NCBI GenBank assembly: GCA_031254715.1
Contig: JAIRTY010000391.1
Coordinates: 1-29,340, forward strand
DNA: 29,340 nt
Direction of reading: 5' to 3'
From: Nocardiopsaceae bacterium
GTDB lineage: Bacteria; Actinomycetota; Actinomycetes; Streptosporangiales; Streptosporangiaceae
Shown: in pieces, positions 1 to 8,308 of the stretch
How positions within the stretch are numbered: the first letter of the stretch is position 1
Layout of the letters: the number at the start of each line of letters is the position of its first letter
Translations under genes and position numbers: made by a program
The notes under the pieces: generated by a model
Database searches by the model: none
What the model saw: only the letters and a program-made list of their open reading frames with translations
What the model was told of the DNA's origin: nothing

Positions 1-12
1 CTCTTCCGATCT
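1..12. other. Probable Illumina adapter remnant (CTCTTCCGATCT; reverse complement AGATCGGAAGAG)
   Basis: Bases 1-12 match the shared 3' end of TruSeq adapters exactly, at the very first base of the window. Confidence 0.7.
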
Positions 13-184
13 GTCCGGGTCGCCCCAGCCCGCCCGGCGCCGGTTATCCGCCTTCCTCCGCATCCGGCTGCCTACCTCCGCACCTCGTCACACCTTCCGG
101 CGGATCCGACCGGCCGGCACAGGACTGTATGCCAGAGTATACGCATGTGCTCGGATGTGCTGCGGGTATCTCCAAGCCATGCCG

Positions 185-226
185 TTGACCGCGGAGGCCG
201 GATCTGTAAAATGGTCTTACCATTTT
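185..226 (+). promoter_or_regulatory. Sigma70-type promoter overlapped by a FadR-type operator
   Basis: TTGACC (185-190), 16 nt, TAAAAT (207-212). Perfect inverted repeat AAAATGGT-ctt-ACCATTTT (208-226) fits the TGGT-N3-ACCA pattern of FadR-subfamily sites. RBS GGAGG at 241-245. Confidence 0.75.
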
Positions 227-251
227 CTCCGCCGGGCCGAGGAGGACAGGC

Positions 252-1172
252 ATGACCCAGCAGGCGTCCAGCACGGTCAGGTTGGCGATCATGAACGCGG
301 TGCACGACCTGGCCGTGATCGTTGCGCGCGACGAAGGATATTTCCGGGACGAGGGACTCGACATCGAGTTCGTGGTCGCACCGGGGATGGCGCAGGTCAC
401 CACCGAGGCTGAGATCCTCAAGCGGCAGGTCATGTTCGACCGGCCGCTTGACACCATGTACAACGAGGGCGGCCTCGACCAGTACCGCATGTGCGAGTGG
501 GGAATACTCAAGCGCGCCGTGGAGGCGACAGACTCTGGCCTGCGTTCCCGGAAGATCGTGGCCCTGGGGTCAGCGATGTCCAAGTTTGCCATCGTGGTCG
601 GCCCCGGCTCGGGGTTTTGTGAGCCAGAACAACTGAAGGACACGCCCATCGCCGTGACGCCGTACAACGGCTCGAACTTCACGGCACTGAAGATGATGGA
701 GGGCTTCCTGTCCCGTGAGAACCTGAAGACGACAGAAGCCGGGACCATGCGCGACCGCCTGGAGGCGGTAAAGCGTGGCGAGCTGGGCGCTGCGTGCGTC
801 ATGGAGCCATGGATCAGCGTTGCCCAGAAGCAGGGCTTGCGCATCCTCATCGAGGCCCACTCGAGCAGGAGCGAGGCAGCTAGCGAGGACCTGGACGGCG
901 CCACATTGGCGGCGATGTTCCGTGCCGAGGCCCGGGCGGCGGAGACGCTCAGCCAGGACCCTGCTCCCTACCTTCACTATCTGACGCAAGAGACCGGCGG
1001 TCTCCTCAGGCCTGATGAGCTGCAGGCGTGGCGGCTGGTGTACAGCGCTCCGCAGCCCTACACCCGCGAGCGGTTCAAGGACACGTATGACTGGATGGTG
1101 AGCTGGGACATGGTTCCCGCCGGCGCGACCTACGAGAACACCGTGGACAACCGGGCCTGGGAAGTCCAGTAG
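252..1172 (+). CDS. SsuA/THI5(NMT1)-like periplasmic-binding-fold protein without a signal peptide
   Basis: 306 aa. N-terminal motif VARDEGYFRDEGLDIEFV and later LKDTPIAV and AACVMEPWIS are typical of sulfonate/nitrate/THI5-type SBPs. Strong RBS. No hydrophobic leader or lipobox. Confidence 0.75.
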   Translation: MTQQASSTVRLAIMNAVHDLAVIVARDEGYFRDEGLDIEFVVAPGMAQVTTEAEILKRQVMFDRPLDTMYNEGGLDQYRMCEWGILKRAVEATDSGLRSRKIVALGSAMSKFAIVVGPGSGFCEPEQLKDTPIAVTPYNGSNFTALKMMEGFLSRENLKTTEAGTMRDRLEAVKRGELGAACVMEPWISVAQKQGLRILIEAHSSRSEAASEDLDGATLAAMFRAEARAAETLSQDPAPYLHYLTQETGGLLRPDELQAWRLVYSAPQPYTRERFKDTYDWMVSWDMVPAGATYENTVDNRAWEVQ

Positions 1173-1183
1173 CGCGTGCGGGG

Positions 1184-1945
1184 TTAGTGCCCGACCCGGT
1201 GTGCCGTACGGCTCAGGTGCTCGCGCATGATGCGTGTCGCCTTGTCGCAATCCCGGCTGCGGACCGCGGCCAGGAACTGCTCGTGCTCGCGCGTACCGAG
1301 CTTCCCCATCTCCGGCGCAGTCGCTTTGGCCTGCTCCATGGACATCAGGATGGGGCCGCGGAAGGACTCGACGAGCATCGCCAGCGCCGGGTTATGGGTC
1401 GCGCGGGCGACCCGCACATGGAACTCCGCAGACATGTCCATCGAGTACTCGCCGGTGCGCAGGGCATCCCGGGACAGCGCGCAGATCCGCTCCAGATCCT
1501 CAAGATCCTCATCGGTCGCCCGCTCGCAGAGCAGCGGGACGATCCCGACCTCAAGTATCAGCCGCACCTCGGTGACATCAGCCGCACTGATCACGGACAG
1601 GCTCAGCATGTCGGCCAGCCCGTCACCGATGCGACCGCTGCTGGGCGCGGTCACGAACGCGCCGCCGCGCGCGCCGACCCTGATCTCCACCAGCCCGCTG
1701 GACTCCAGCATCCGGAGGGCTTCCCGCACCGTCACCCGGCTCACGCCGAACTGCTCGCACAGGTCGCGCTCGGCTGGCAGCCGATCACCGGGCCGCAACT
1801 GCCCCTGGCGCATCAACTGGCGGACCTGCTCGACGATCGTCCCCGAGATGCGACCGACGCTGACCTTGCCGAACATATCGGCCTCAGCGGGACGTGGCGC
1901 GACACCCGTTTCCCCGGCGGCGGATGCCCTGGAAGACGCGGGCAT
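1184..1945 (-). CDS. FadR/GntR-family transcriptional regulator (wHTH + FCD)
   Basis: LRPGDRLPAERDLCEQFGVSRVTVREALRMLE is a GntR wHTH. The C-terminal FCD has EFHVRVARATHN and MREHL. Start placed at ATG 1945 (GAGGGG upstream); alternatives are 1957 and 1876. Confidence 0.92.
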   Translation of the reverse strand: MPASSRASAAGETGVAPRPAEADMFGKVSVGRISGTIVEQVRQLMRQGQLRPGDRLPAERDLCEQFGVSRVTVREALRMLESSGLVEIRVGARGGAFVTAPSSGRIGDGLADMLSLSVISAADVTEVRLILEVGIVPLLCERATDEDLEDLERICALSRDALRTGEYSMDMSAEFHVRVARATHNPALAMLVESFRGPILMSMEQAKATAPEMGKLGTREHEQFLAAVRSRDCDKATRIMREHLSRTAHRVGH

Positions 1946-2016
1946 ATAACCCCTCATGCTGGATGACGCAGTGCAGGCACCGCTGCGCTGCCGCAGGTGA
2001 AGTGTACCCTAAGGCA

Positions 2017-3168
2017 TTATGGTTTGGCCTTTCGGCCACTGATCTCCGCTTGGCAGCCGGCGGGGGCGGGAGGCAGGTCGGTCACCTCGGCGTCATACGC
2101 GGACTGCATGGCAGCGGCCACCCCCGCCTTGGCAAGCTCGTCCGCGAAGGCCTGCCGTATCTCGCTGGCCTCGTCGGCGTAGTCAATCTGGTCGCCGCCG
2201 ACGCGGCGGCTGATCCACGCCTTCGGCACTCCCTGGGCGTTGCGGATCGCGACCCCTTCGTGCTTGAACGCGAGATAGCGGGCCGGAGCCGCTCCCGTGT
2301 TGAAGTGCTGGTGATACCACATGTTGGGCGGAATGATCAGGGAGCCTGCCGACCAGTCGTAGCGGCGCGGCTGCTCGCCCTCCGGCCACATCAGCGAGTA
2401 GCCGCTCCCGGACAGGACGATCACGTGGGCGCCCGGGCCGTGCCGGTGCGCCTTCTTGTAGGTGCCCACCGGGAATTCGGAGATGTGGCTGTTCATCGAG
2501 CCCTTGGCCATCGAGAACCTGGTGTGGCCGCCGCCTGCGCCCCGCTCCTTGGCCGAGATGAGCTGCAGCGCCGCGGCGTCGGGCACGAAATTGGTGTCGA
2601 GCAGCAGGCCCTTGGTCGTGGTCTTGGCGGCGAAGTAGTCCTGCTCTCCGTCGAACCGGTGCGGGAAGTCCCGGCTGGTGTGGAAGAGGAAGTCCACGTC
2701 GTCATACATGTTGAGCACGGGCGGCAGGTTGGTGGAAGCGACGAACCTGGCCGGCCCGGCCCCGGAAAGGTTGCTGTGCTGATGCCAGGTGTTGAGGGGA
2801 ATCGCGAACAGCGACCCCGCCTGCCACTCGAACGCGACTTCCTTCCCCGCGTCGTTCCACACCCGGGTCGAGCCCCTGCCGTCGAGGATCAGGATCATCT
2901 CCTCGAAGAGCTGCCGCTGCGGTGTCAGCTCACCCCCGGCGGGGATCTCGCAGACGTAGCAGTCGTTGGACGTCCGCGAAGCATCGTGGTTGAGGAACAC
3001 GCCGCGCCCGCCCCGCCGCGCCCACGGCTTCAGCTCGAGGGAACGCAGGTCAGGCACGAAATGGCCGCTGACGATGTCCAGGCCCTCTGCCGCCACCCAG
3101 CGCGTATACGGGGTGTCCTTCTCGGTCACGAACTTGCCAGCGAGACCCTCACCGACGACTGCTTCCAC
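2017..3168 (-). CDS. Bicupin (two cupin domains, gentisate-dioxygenase-like), function unknown
   Basis: 383 aa. Cupin 1: FEEMILILDGRG...FAIPLNTWHQH. Cupin 2: KAHRHGPGAHVIVLSGSG...IPPNMWYHQHFN. GTG start with GGGAG RBS. Confidence 0.85.
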   Translation of the reverse strand: MEAVVGEGLAGKFVTEKDTPYTRWVAAEGLDIVSGHFVPDLRSLELKPWARRGGRGVFLNHDASRTSNDCYVCEIPAGGELTPQRQLFEEMILILDGRGSTRVWNDAGKEVAFEWQAGSLFAIPLNTWHQHSNLSGAGPARFVASTNLPPVLNMYDDVDFLFHTSRDFPHRFDGEQDYFAAKTTTKGLLLDTNFVPDAAALQLISAKERGAGGGHTRFSMAKGSMNSHISEFPVGTYKKAHRHGPGAHVIVLSGSGYSLMWPEGEQPRRYDWSAGSLIIPPNMWYHQHFNTGAAPARYLAFKHEGVAIRNAQGVPKAWISRRVGGDQIDYADEASEIRQAFADELAKAGVAAAMQSAYDAEVTDLPPAPAGCQAEISGRKAKP

Positions 3169-3237
3169 TGACTCTCCCGATGCCGCCGCAGCGCATTCAA
3201 GACACTGGCGATCCTAACGAGATCGCGGCCGATATGT

Positions 3238-3256
3238 CTAATAGCTATACCATTAG
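3238..3256. promoter_or_regulatory. Second, degenerate FadR-type operator in the cupin/eutA divergent intergenic region
   Basis: CTAATAGC-tat-ACCATTAG. Arms are 6/8 complementary, and the right arm shares ACCATT and the 3-nt spacing with the site at 208-226. Confidence 0.5.
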
Positions 3257-3334
3257 CTCGCGGAGCGCGAGCAGGCCGCATGAGCGGAAGCGGGAGGTAG
3301 TCCGCATGCCCGGGCGCGTCAGGAGGGCAACCAG

Positions 3335-4873
3335 GTGACGCATGGCTGGCACGGCGATCCTGGCGATGGGGGCGGGCTGACCGAAGCAGAGCAGCGCGCC
3401 AGCATGCAGGCGATCCTGGAGCAGGAAACGCTCGATCTGCTGACGGTCGGGATTGATATCGGGAGCTCGACCTCGCATCTGATGTTCGCCAGGGTCCGGT
3501 TCCGGCGGCAGGGGCGCCGGCTCTCCGACCGGTTCGTGGTGACCGGCCGGGAGATCGAGTGGCGCTCCCCCATCCTGCTGACGCCGTTCCTCCCTGATGG
3601 CACGATCGATGCCCCGAAGCTGTCCGACGCCGTGCGGGACTGGTATGAGCAGGCCGGACTGACCAGGGCAGAGGTGGACACGGGGGCGGTCATCCTCACC
3701 GGCGAGGCGATGAAGCGCAAGAACGCGCAGCTGATCGACGAGCTGTTCGCGAGCGAGTCGGGCAAGTTCGTCTGCGCCACGGCCGGGCACCGGCTGGAGA
3801 GCATCCTGGCGGCGAATGGTTCCGGCGCCACGGCGCTGTCCGGAGCCAGGCACGCGTGCGCCCTGCATGTCGACATCGGCGGCGGCACCACCAAGTTCGC
3901 GCTCCTCGACAACGGGGAGATCCGCAGCGTCTCGGCGATCGCCATCGGGGGACGGCTGATCGCGCAGGACGCGGCCGGCTCCTGGACCCAGGTGGCAAGA
4001 CCGGCCAGGATGGTGGCTGCGGAACTGGGCATCGACGTCACCCCGGCGGCCCTGGCCGACGAGCACGCGCGGGCGGCGATCGCGGCCCGCATGGCCAGCC
4101 TCGTCGTCGCCGAAATCGCAGCCGAGCCCGCCGGCGCGCTCGGGCTGTCACTGCGGCTCACCGAGCCGCTGCAGCGCACCGCGGCGCCGGAGTACGTCAC
4201 GTTCTCCGGAGGAGTCGCGGAGTACATGTCCGGCCGCGGCGCCAAGGACTACGGGGACACCGCGCGGGCCCTCGCGGCCGAGGTCTCGGGGCAACTCGCG
4301 GCGCGTGGCCTGTTGCCTGCCGAGCTGGCGGCTCAGGGCATCCGGGCGACGGTCATTGGCGCGTCCCAGTTCAGCGTCCAGGTGAGCGGCAAAACAACGC
4401 ACCTGAGCGGGCAGCACGTGCTCCCCGTGCGCAGCATCCCGGTGCTTCGCCTCAGCAGCCTGGTTCCCGAGGACACCGACCCGGAAGGGATCGCCGGGAA
4501 GATCCTCGACAGTGCCAGGCGCCACGACATTGACATGTCGCGCCCGGTGGCGCTGTCTTTCTCCTGGCCGGGCCGCGCCTCCTACCAGCGGCTGGCGGCA
4601 TTGGCGCGAGCGGTCGTCATAGCCGCCGACGCCGGCCCCGGCCCCGGCCCCGGCCAGGACAGTGCGCCCCTCGTCCTGGTGGTAGACGCCGATGTCGCTC
4701 ACTCGCTGGGAGCCATCCTCAAAGAGGAGGCGGGACTGCAGCGCGACCTGATCGTGCTGGACGGGATCGAGCTCGCCGACCTCGACTTCCTTGACGTCGG
4801 GCAGTACCTCAATCCGCCGGGCGTGGTGCCCGTCGTCATCAAGTCGCTGCTATTCGCGGGCCCGGAGCACTGA
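3335..4873 (+). CDS. eutA: EutA-family (ethanolamine ammonia-lyase reactivase-like) actin-fold ATPase
   Basis: 512 aa. Motifs VGIDIGSSTSHL, VILTGEA, ATAGHRLESILAANGSGA, HVDIGGGTTK, FSGGVAEY, RATVIGASQFSVQVSG and C-terminal VVPVVIKSLLF are characteristic of EutA. RBS AGGAGG at 3321-3326. Confidence 0.85.
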   Translation: MTHGWHGDPGDGGGLTEAEQRASMQAILEQETLDLLTVGIDIGSSTSHLMFARVRFRRQGRRLSDRFVVTGREIEWRSPILLTPFLPDGTIDAPKLSDAVRDWYEQAGLTRAEVDTGAVILTGEAMKRKNAQLIDELFASESGKFVCATAGHRLESILAANGSGATALSGARHACALHVDIGGGTTKFALLDNGEIRSVSAIAIGGRLIAQDAAGSWTQVARPARMVAAELGIDVTPAALADEHARAAIAARMASLVVAEIAAEPAGALGLSLRLTEPLQRTAAPEYVTFSGGVAEYMSGRGAKDYGDTARALAAEVSGQLAARGLLPAELAAQGIRATVIGASQFSVQVSGKTTHLSGQHVLPVRSIPVLRLSSLVPEDTDPEGIAGKILDSARRHDIDMSRPVALSFSWPGRASYQRLAALARAVVIAADAGPGPGPGQDSAPLVLVVDADVAHSLGAILKEEAGLQRDLIVLDGIELADLDFLDVGQYLNPPGVVPVVIKSLLFAGPEH

Positions 4874-4928
4874 GCCGCCCTGCCCGTCGAGCAGGCAGGA
4901 AACCATCGAGGGGAAGGAGAACCAGCCT

Positions 4929-5678
4929 ATGAACGGCGATCCGGCCGCTCCAACGAGGCGCACGAAGTACGACGAGCTCACCGGACCCGCGCTCGACTCG
5001 AGGCTGTGGGAGCCGCTGAGCTTCGGCCCTCTCGTTGCTCTCGAACCCGAGGCACGGACCACCGTCGAGGACGGGGTCCTCACCGTCGATATCCCCGAGT
5101 TCACCAACAGCAACCCGGATGTTCAGGGCATCGACAACTCCAAGCACGTGGTCCTCTCGACGCAGGGATTCCGCCTCCCCGAGGACGGCGTCGCGCGCTT
5201 CTCCGTCGATCTCCGCGCCGAGATCACCGGCGACGGATCCGGCGACTACCGCCAGGGCGTCGCGGCGTTCATCGTGATCGACTCGACCGGCGGGACGCAC
5301 ATGGTCTTCGACATCCTCTCGATGGGCGATCGGTTCTTCGCGGAGCACGAGGTCCTGGCGATGCCCGGCCAGGAGAATCCATTCACCCGCATGATCGAAG
5401 ACCCCTTCTTCTCCGGACGGGCAGGAGGCCGCCCAGATCCGGACTTCCGCCACTGCTCGATCGAGATCGACCGATCACGTGAGAACGTCACCTGGAAGAT
5501 CGACGACAAGATCTTGCACGAGGCCGCCGACCTGCACGGCCTGCCCGAAGAAGTGCACCTGGGTTTCGGGATCTTCACCCTGGTACCCCTGGCCGAGGGC
5601 AAGGGCTCCAACCACGGCCAAGGCGCGCGCGCATCCTGGCGCGACTTTGAGTACGGCCGGCCCGGAGAGCCCGGGTAG
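4929..5678 (+). CDS. Conserved hypothetical protein, DUF6081-like (predicted beta-sandwich)
   Basis: 249 aa from ATG 4929 with RBS GAAGGAG. Strong GC3 codon bias. Motifs DNSKHVVLST, DYRQGVAAF and MVFDI recall DUF6081 proteins (from memory, not searched). Confidence 0.6.
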   Translation: MNGDPAAPTRRTKYDELTGPALDSRLWEPLSFGPLVALEPEARTTVEDGVLTVDIPEFTNSNPDVQGIDNSKHVVLSTQGFRLPEDGVARFSVDLRAEITGDGSGDYRQGVAAFIVIDSTGGTHMVFDILSMGDRFFAEHEVLAMPGQENPFTRMIEDPFFSGRAGGRPDPDFRHCSIEIDRSRENVTWKIDDKILHEAADLHGLPEEVHLGFGIFTLVPLAEGKGSNHGQGARASWRDFEYGRPGEPG

Positions 5679-5794
5679 GGGGCTCTTGGCATGATGGTCC
5701 CGCTGGGCTGCCCGGCGTGACCGTTTGCTCCCAGTCCCCGGCCAGGGATGACATGCTTGTTGGCCGTGCAGGGACTTCCCCCGGCGTGGAGAAC

Positions 5795-6976
5795 ATGGAT
5801 GCCGGCGGCCTGAGCTTTTACCGCCGGCTCTTTGCCGTTCCTGGTTCGGCCAGGCTTGCGGTGGCCGATCTGTGTGCGCGCCTTCCGCAGGGCATGCTCA
5901 GCCTGACGGTGCTGCTGGTGGCGGCCGAGCATGCCTCCATGCGGGTAGCGGGGCTGGCCCTGGCGGGCCACAGCATGGGCCTGGCTGCGACGGCCCCGGT
6001 GCGAGGCCGGCTGGCGGACCGGTACGGGGTGGCGCGGACGGCCGGGTTTTGCTGGGGCGGGTGGGTTCTGGCCGCGCTGGGGCTGCTGGCCGCCTCCGCC
6101 GCCCGCCAGCCAGCCGTGGTGCTGGTTGCGGTGGCGGCCGCGACAGGCTGCGTGATGCCGCCGCTGAGCCCGGGGCTGCGCAGCATCTGGTCGTTTCATG
6201 CCCCCGCCCGGTTGGTGCAGACGGCGTTTGCGCTGGATGCCGCCGTGTTCGATCTGGCCTACATCACCGGCCCGGTCATCGCCAGTTCGCTGGCGGTCGG
6301 GGTTGCGCCCGCAGCGGCCCTGGCCCTGATGCTGGCCCTGACCGGAGCCGCGCTCGCCGTGATCGGCGGACGGTTCCGGGAGCATCCGGCCCCCGCCGTG
6401 CGCACGGCCGGCCTGGGACCACTGCGCTCAGGAGCGCTGCGGCGACTGCTGGTCACGGCGGCACTGACCAACGTGGCACTTGCGGCCACCGAAGTTGCGC
6501 TGACTGCGTCCATGCGGCTGCACCACACGCTGTGGGCCATAGGACCGCTGCTGGCAGAACTATCGGCCGGGAGCATTCTCGGAAGCCTGCTGCTGGGCAC
6601 CCGCGCCCCCGCGGCCTCGGCCCGGCAGCGCCTGCCCCGGTTCCTGACCGGGTACACCATCGGTCTGGCTGCACTCACCGCTGCCTCGTTGGCTGCCCCC
6701 GCGCTGGCGGTTGCCACGCCGCTGGCGGGCTTGTTCCTTGGGCCTACGCTGGCCACACTGTTCACCTCGGCCGCCAGCGCCGTGCCGCACGGCAACGGCA
6801 CCGAGGCGCAAGCGTGGCTCAATTCGATCATGAACGGCGGCGCGGCGGGCGGCGCCGCCCTGGCCGGGCTGCTGGCCAGCCAGCCAATCGCAGGCCTGGC
6901 CCTCGCCGCCGGGGCAGCGGCCCTCGCCACATCGACAGCCGCCCTGCTGCGCCCAGCGATCGGACGCGGGCGTTGA
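5795..6976 (+). CDS. MFS transporter
   Basis: About 393 aa with many hydrophobic helices and MFS motif A (GRLADRYG). ATG 5795 is preceded by GGAGA; the ORF track start at 5717 is less supported. Confidence 0.85.
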   Translation: MDAGGLSFYRRLFAVPGSARLAVADLCARLPQGMLSLTVLLVAAEHASMRVAGLALAGHSMGLAATAPVRGRLADRYGVARTAGFCWGGWVLAALGLLAASAARQPAVVLVAVAAATGCVMPPLSPGLRSIWSFHAPARLVQTAFALDAAVFDLAYITGPVIASSLAVGVAPAAALALMLALTGAALAVIGGRFREHPAPAVRTAGLGPLRSGALRRLLVTAALTNVALAATEVALTASMRLHHTLWAIGPLLAELSAGSILGSLLLGTRAPAASARQRLPRFLTGYTIGLAALTAASLAAPALAVATPLAGLFLGPTLATLFTSAASAVPHGNGTEAQAWLNSIMNGGAAGGAALAGLLASQPIAGLALAAGAAALATSTAALLRPAIGRGR

Positions 6977-7163
6977 CCAGGGCCCTGGTCACGAGTAGCC
7001 GGAACGCGGCCCTGGAGCAACGCTCCCGGGACCGCTGCCCGGGCTGAGCCGCTCGCCCATGTCCCTCAGCACCTGGCTCTCAGTGTCCGAACAACTCCCG
7101 TCTTACTTCTAAAAAGCCGATAAAACTCCGGTATCTGATCGGTATATTGCGCGGCATGGTTCT

Positions 7164-7232
7164 GCCAAGGACCTGCCGGCCCGCGGCATCAAGGTCAACT
7201 GCGTGAGCCCCGAGCGGACGCAGACCCCGTGA
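7164..7232 (+). pseudogene. Short relic of an SDR oxidoreductase gene
   Basis: Translates as AKDLPARGIKVNCVSPERTQTP*, matching the SDR motif A-x-E/D-L-x-x-R-G-I-x-V-N-x-V-x-P-G. No start or rest of the gene. Confidence 0.55.
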
Positions 7233-7243
7233 CGCTGTATGCC

Positions 7244-8293
7244 TTAGGTGCGAAGCGACCTGGCACCCCTGCGGAGCCGCCGGTACAAGCGCGCCGCCCT
7301 GCCTCCGCCGGTCTTCGCCATGGGCGCGCCCGAAGCTCCGGTGGCCGATCCGCCTGCCCGCGCCAGCTTCCGGCGTTCTTGCACGCGAGCTGCCCGGATG
7401 CTGGAGCGGGCGAACAACTCGGCGTTCTGGTAGTGGCTCGAATAGCGGTCCCGAAGCTCACCGAGCGAGGCCTGCGCCTCCTCCGGCCCCTCTCCCCGGG
7501 CGAGGCGGTCGAGCGCGTCGTATGTTGCCTGCGCGAGCGCCTGGACATCGCCGGGCAGCTCCAGGGCGGACCAGTCGGCAGCGGCCCGCCGGAGCGATAC
7601 GTCGACCAACTCGCCGGCGTACCGCAGCCGCTCCTCGGGCACCGGACCGGCCAGCGGGATGGCCAGCTGCTGCTCCGCGACCGCCAGCGCGGATCGCCAG
7701 TCGCTCAGGAGGTCGTCGTACCGGACGATCGCGCGGCCCAGGGCGCGGGTTCGCTCCTCGGTGCCCAGCATCATGTTCAGCCAGCCCGCTGTGAGGGTAA
7801 CGGCGCTGGTCGACGTGCCGTAGGCCATCTCGCGGCTCCTAATGGACTCTGCCGGATGCCGGAGCATGGTCACGACCGAGACGTTCGCGCCGAGCTCTTC
7901 GGCAGTTCGCAGATAAAGCTCGAGGAACCAGGCCAGCCGAGGGTCCTTCACGACCACCCTGCCGGCAACCGAGAACTGCTCCTCCAGCCACTCGCGCAGG
8001 CGTCGCCTCGGGCGCTCCTGAGCTGCCACCTTCCCCGTCGCGGTCCACGCCCAAGGGCGGCCGTCCTGCGAGGCGACGTTCTGTGACCTCAGTAGCTCCT
8101 TGTGGAAGTCCACGGCCCACCGAGGCTCACCGAAGCCCACCGGGTTGGAGCCGTCCGGCTGCACCTCGGGGAGCGGGATGTGGAAGCCGAGGCGGCCCAT
8201 GAGGCCGGCGAAGAGGCTGGTGCCGCTCCTCCCGGACCCGGCGACGAGGAGCAATGACCGACCACCGTCAGGAGCTTCTCCTGCGAAATTCAT
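7244..8293 (-). CDS. Sulfotransferase-family protein (P-loop, PAPS-binding)
   Basis: 349 aa from ATG 8293. 5'-PSB loop VAGSGRSGTS, VVKDPR and 3'-PB motif LRHPAESIRS. The upstream extension in the ORF track is the antisense shadow of the next gene. Confidence 0.8.
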   Translation of the reverse strand: MNFAGEAPDGGRSLLLVAGSGRSGTSLFAGLMGRLGFHIPLPEVQPDGSNPVGFGEPRWAVDFHKELLRSQNVASQDGRPWAWTATGKVAAQERPRRRLREWLEEQFSVAGRVVVKDPRLAWFLELYLRTAEELGANVSVVTMLRHPAESIRSREMAYGTSTSAVTLTAGWLNMMLGTEERTRALGRAIVRYDDLLSDWRSALAVAEQQLAIPLAGPVPEERLRYAGELVDVSLRRAAADWSALELPGDVQALAQATYDALDRLARGEGPEEAQASLGELRDRYSSHYQNAELFARSSIRAARVQERRKLARAGGSATGASGAPMAKTGGGRAARLYRRLRRGARSLRT

Positions 8294-8308
8294 AAAGGGG
8301 ACTGTTGC

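Noticed and set aside
1-63. Possible minus-strand gene start (MRRKADNRRRAGWGDPD...) with GGAGG upstream
   Set aside because: Only about 17 codons precede the probable adapter sequence, with no recognisable motif.
2019-2033. Possible third FadR site (TATGGT-ttg-GCCTTT) upstream of the regulator gene
   Set aside because: The right arm is poorly matched and the site lies in the cupin coding end. It is too weak to call.
4631-4656. Short tandem repeats such as (GGCCCC)n in eutA, and (GGATCG)n near 24122-24140 in jetA
   Set aside because: These are in-frame low-complexity linkers (GPGPGPG, DPDPDP). They are not CRISPR arrays or likely contingency loci.
3335-4873. Calling this locus an ethanolamine utilisation (eut) operon
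   Set aside because: No eutB, eutC, microcompartment or cobalamin genes are in the window. Only the EutA-like fold is supported.
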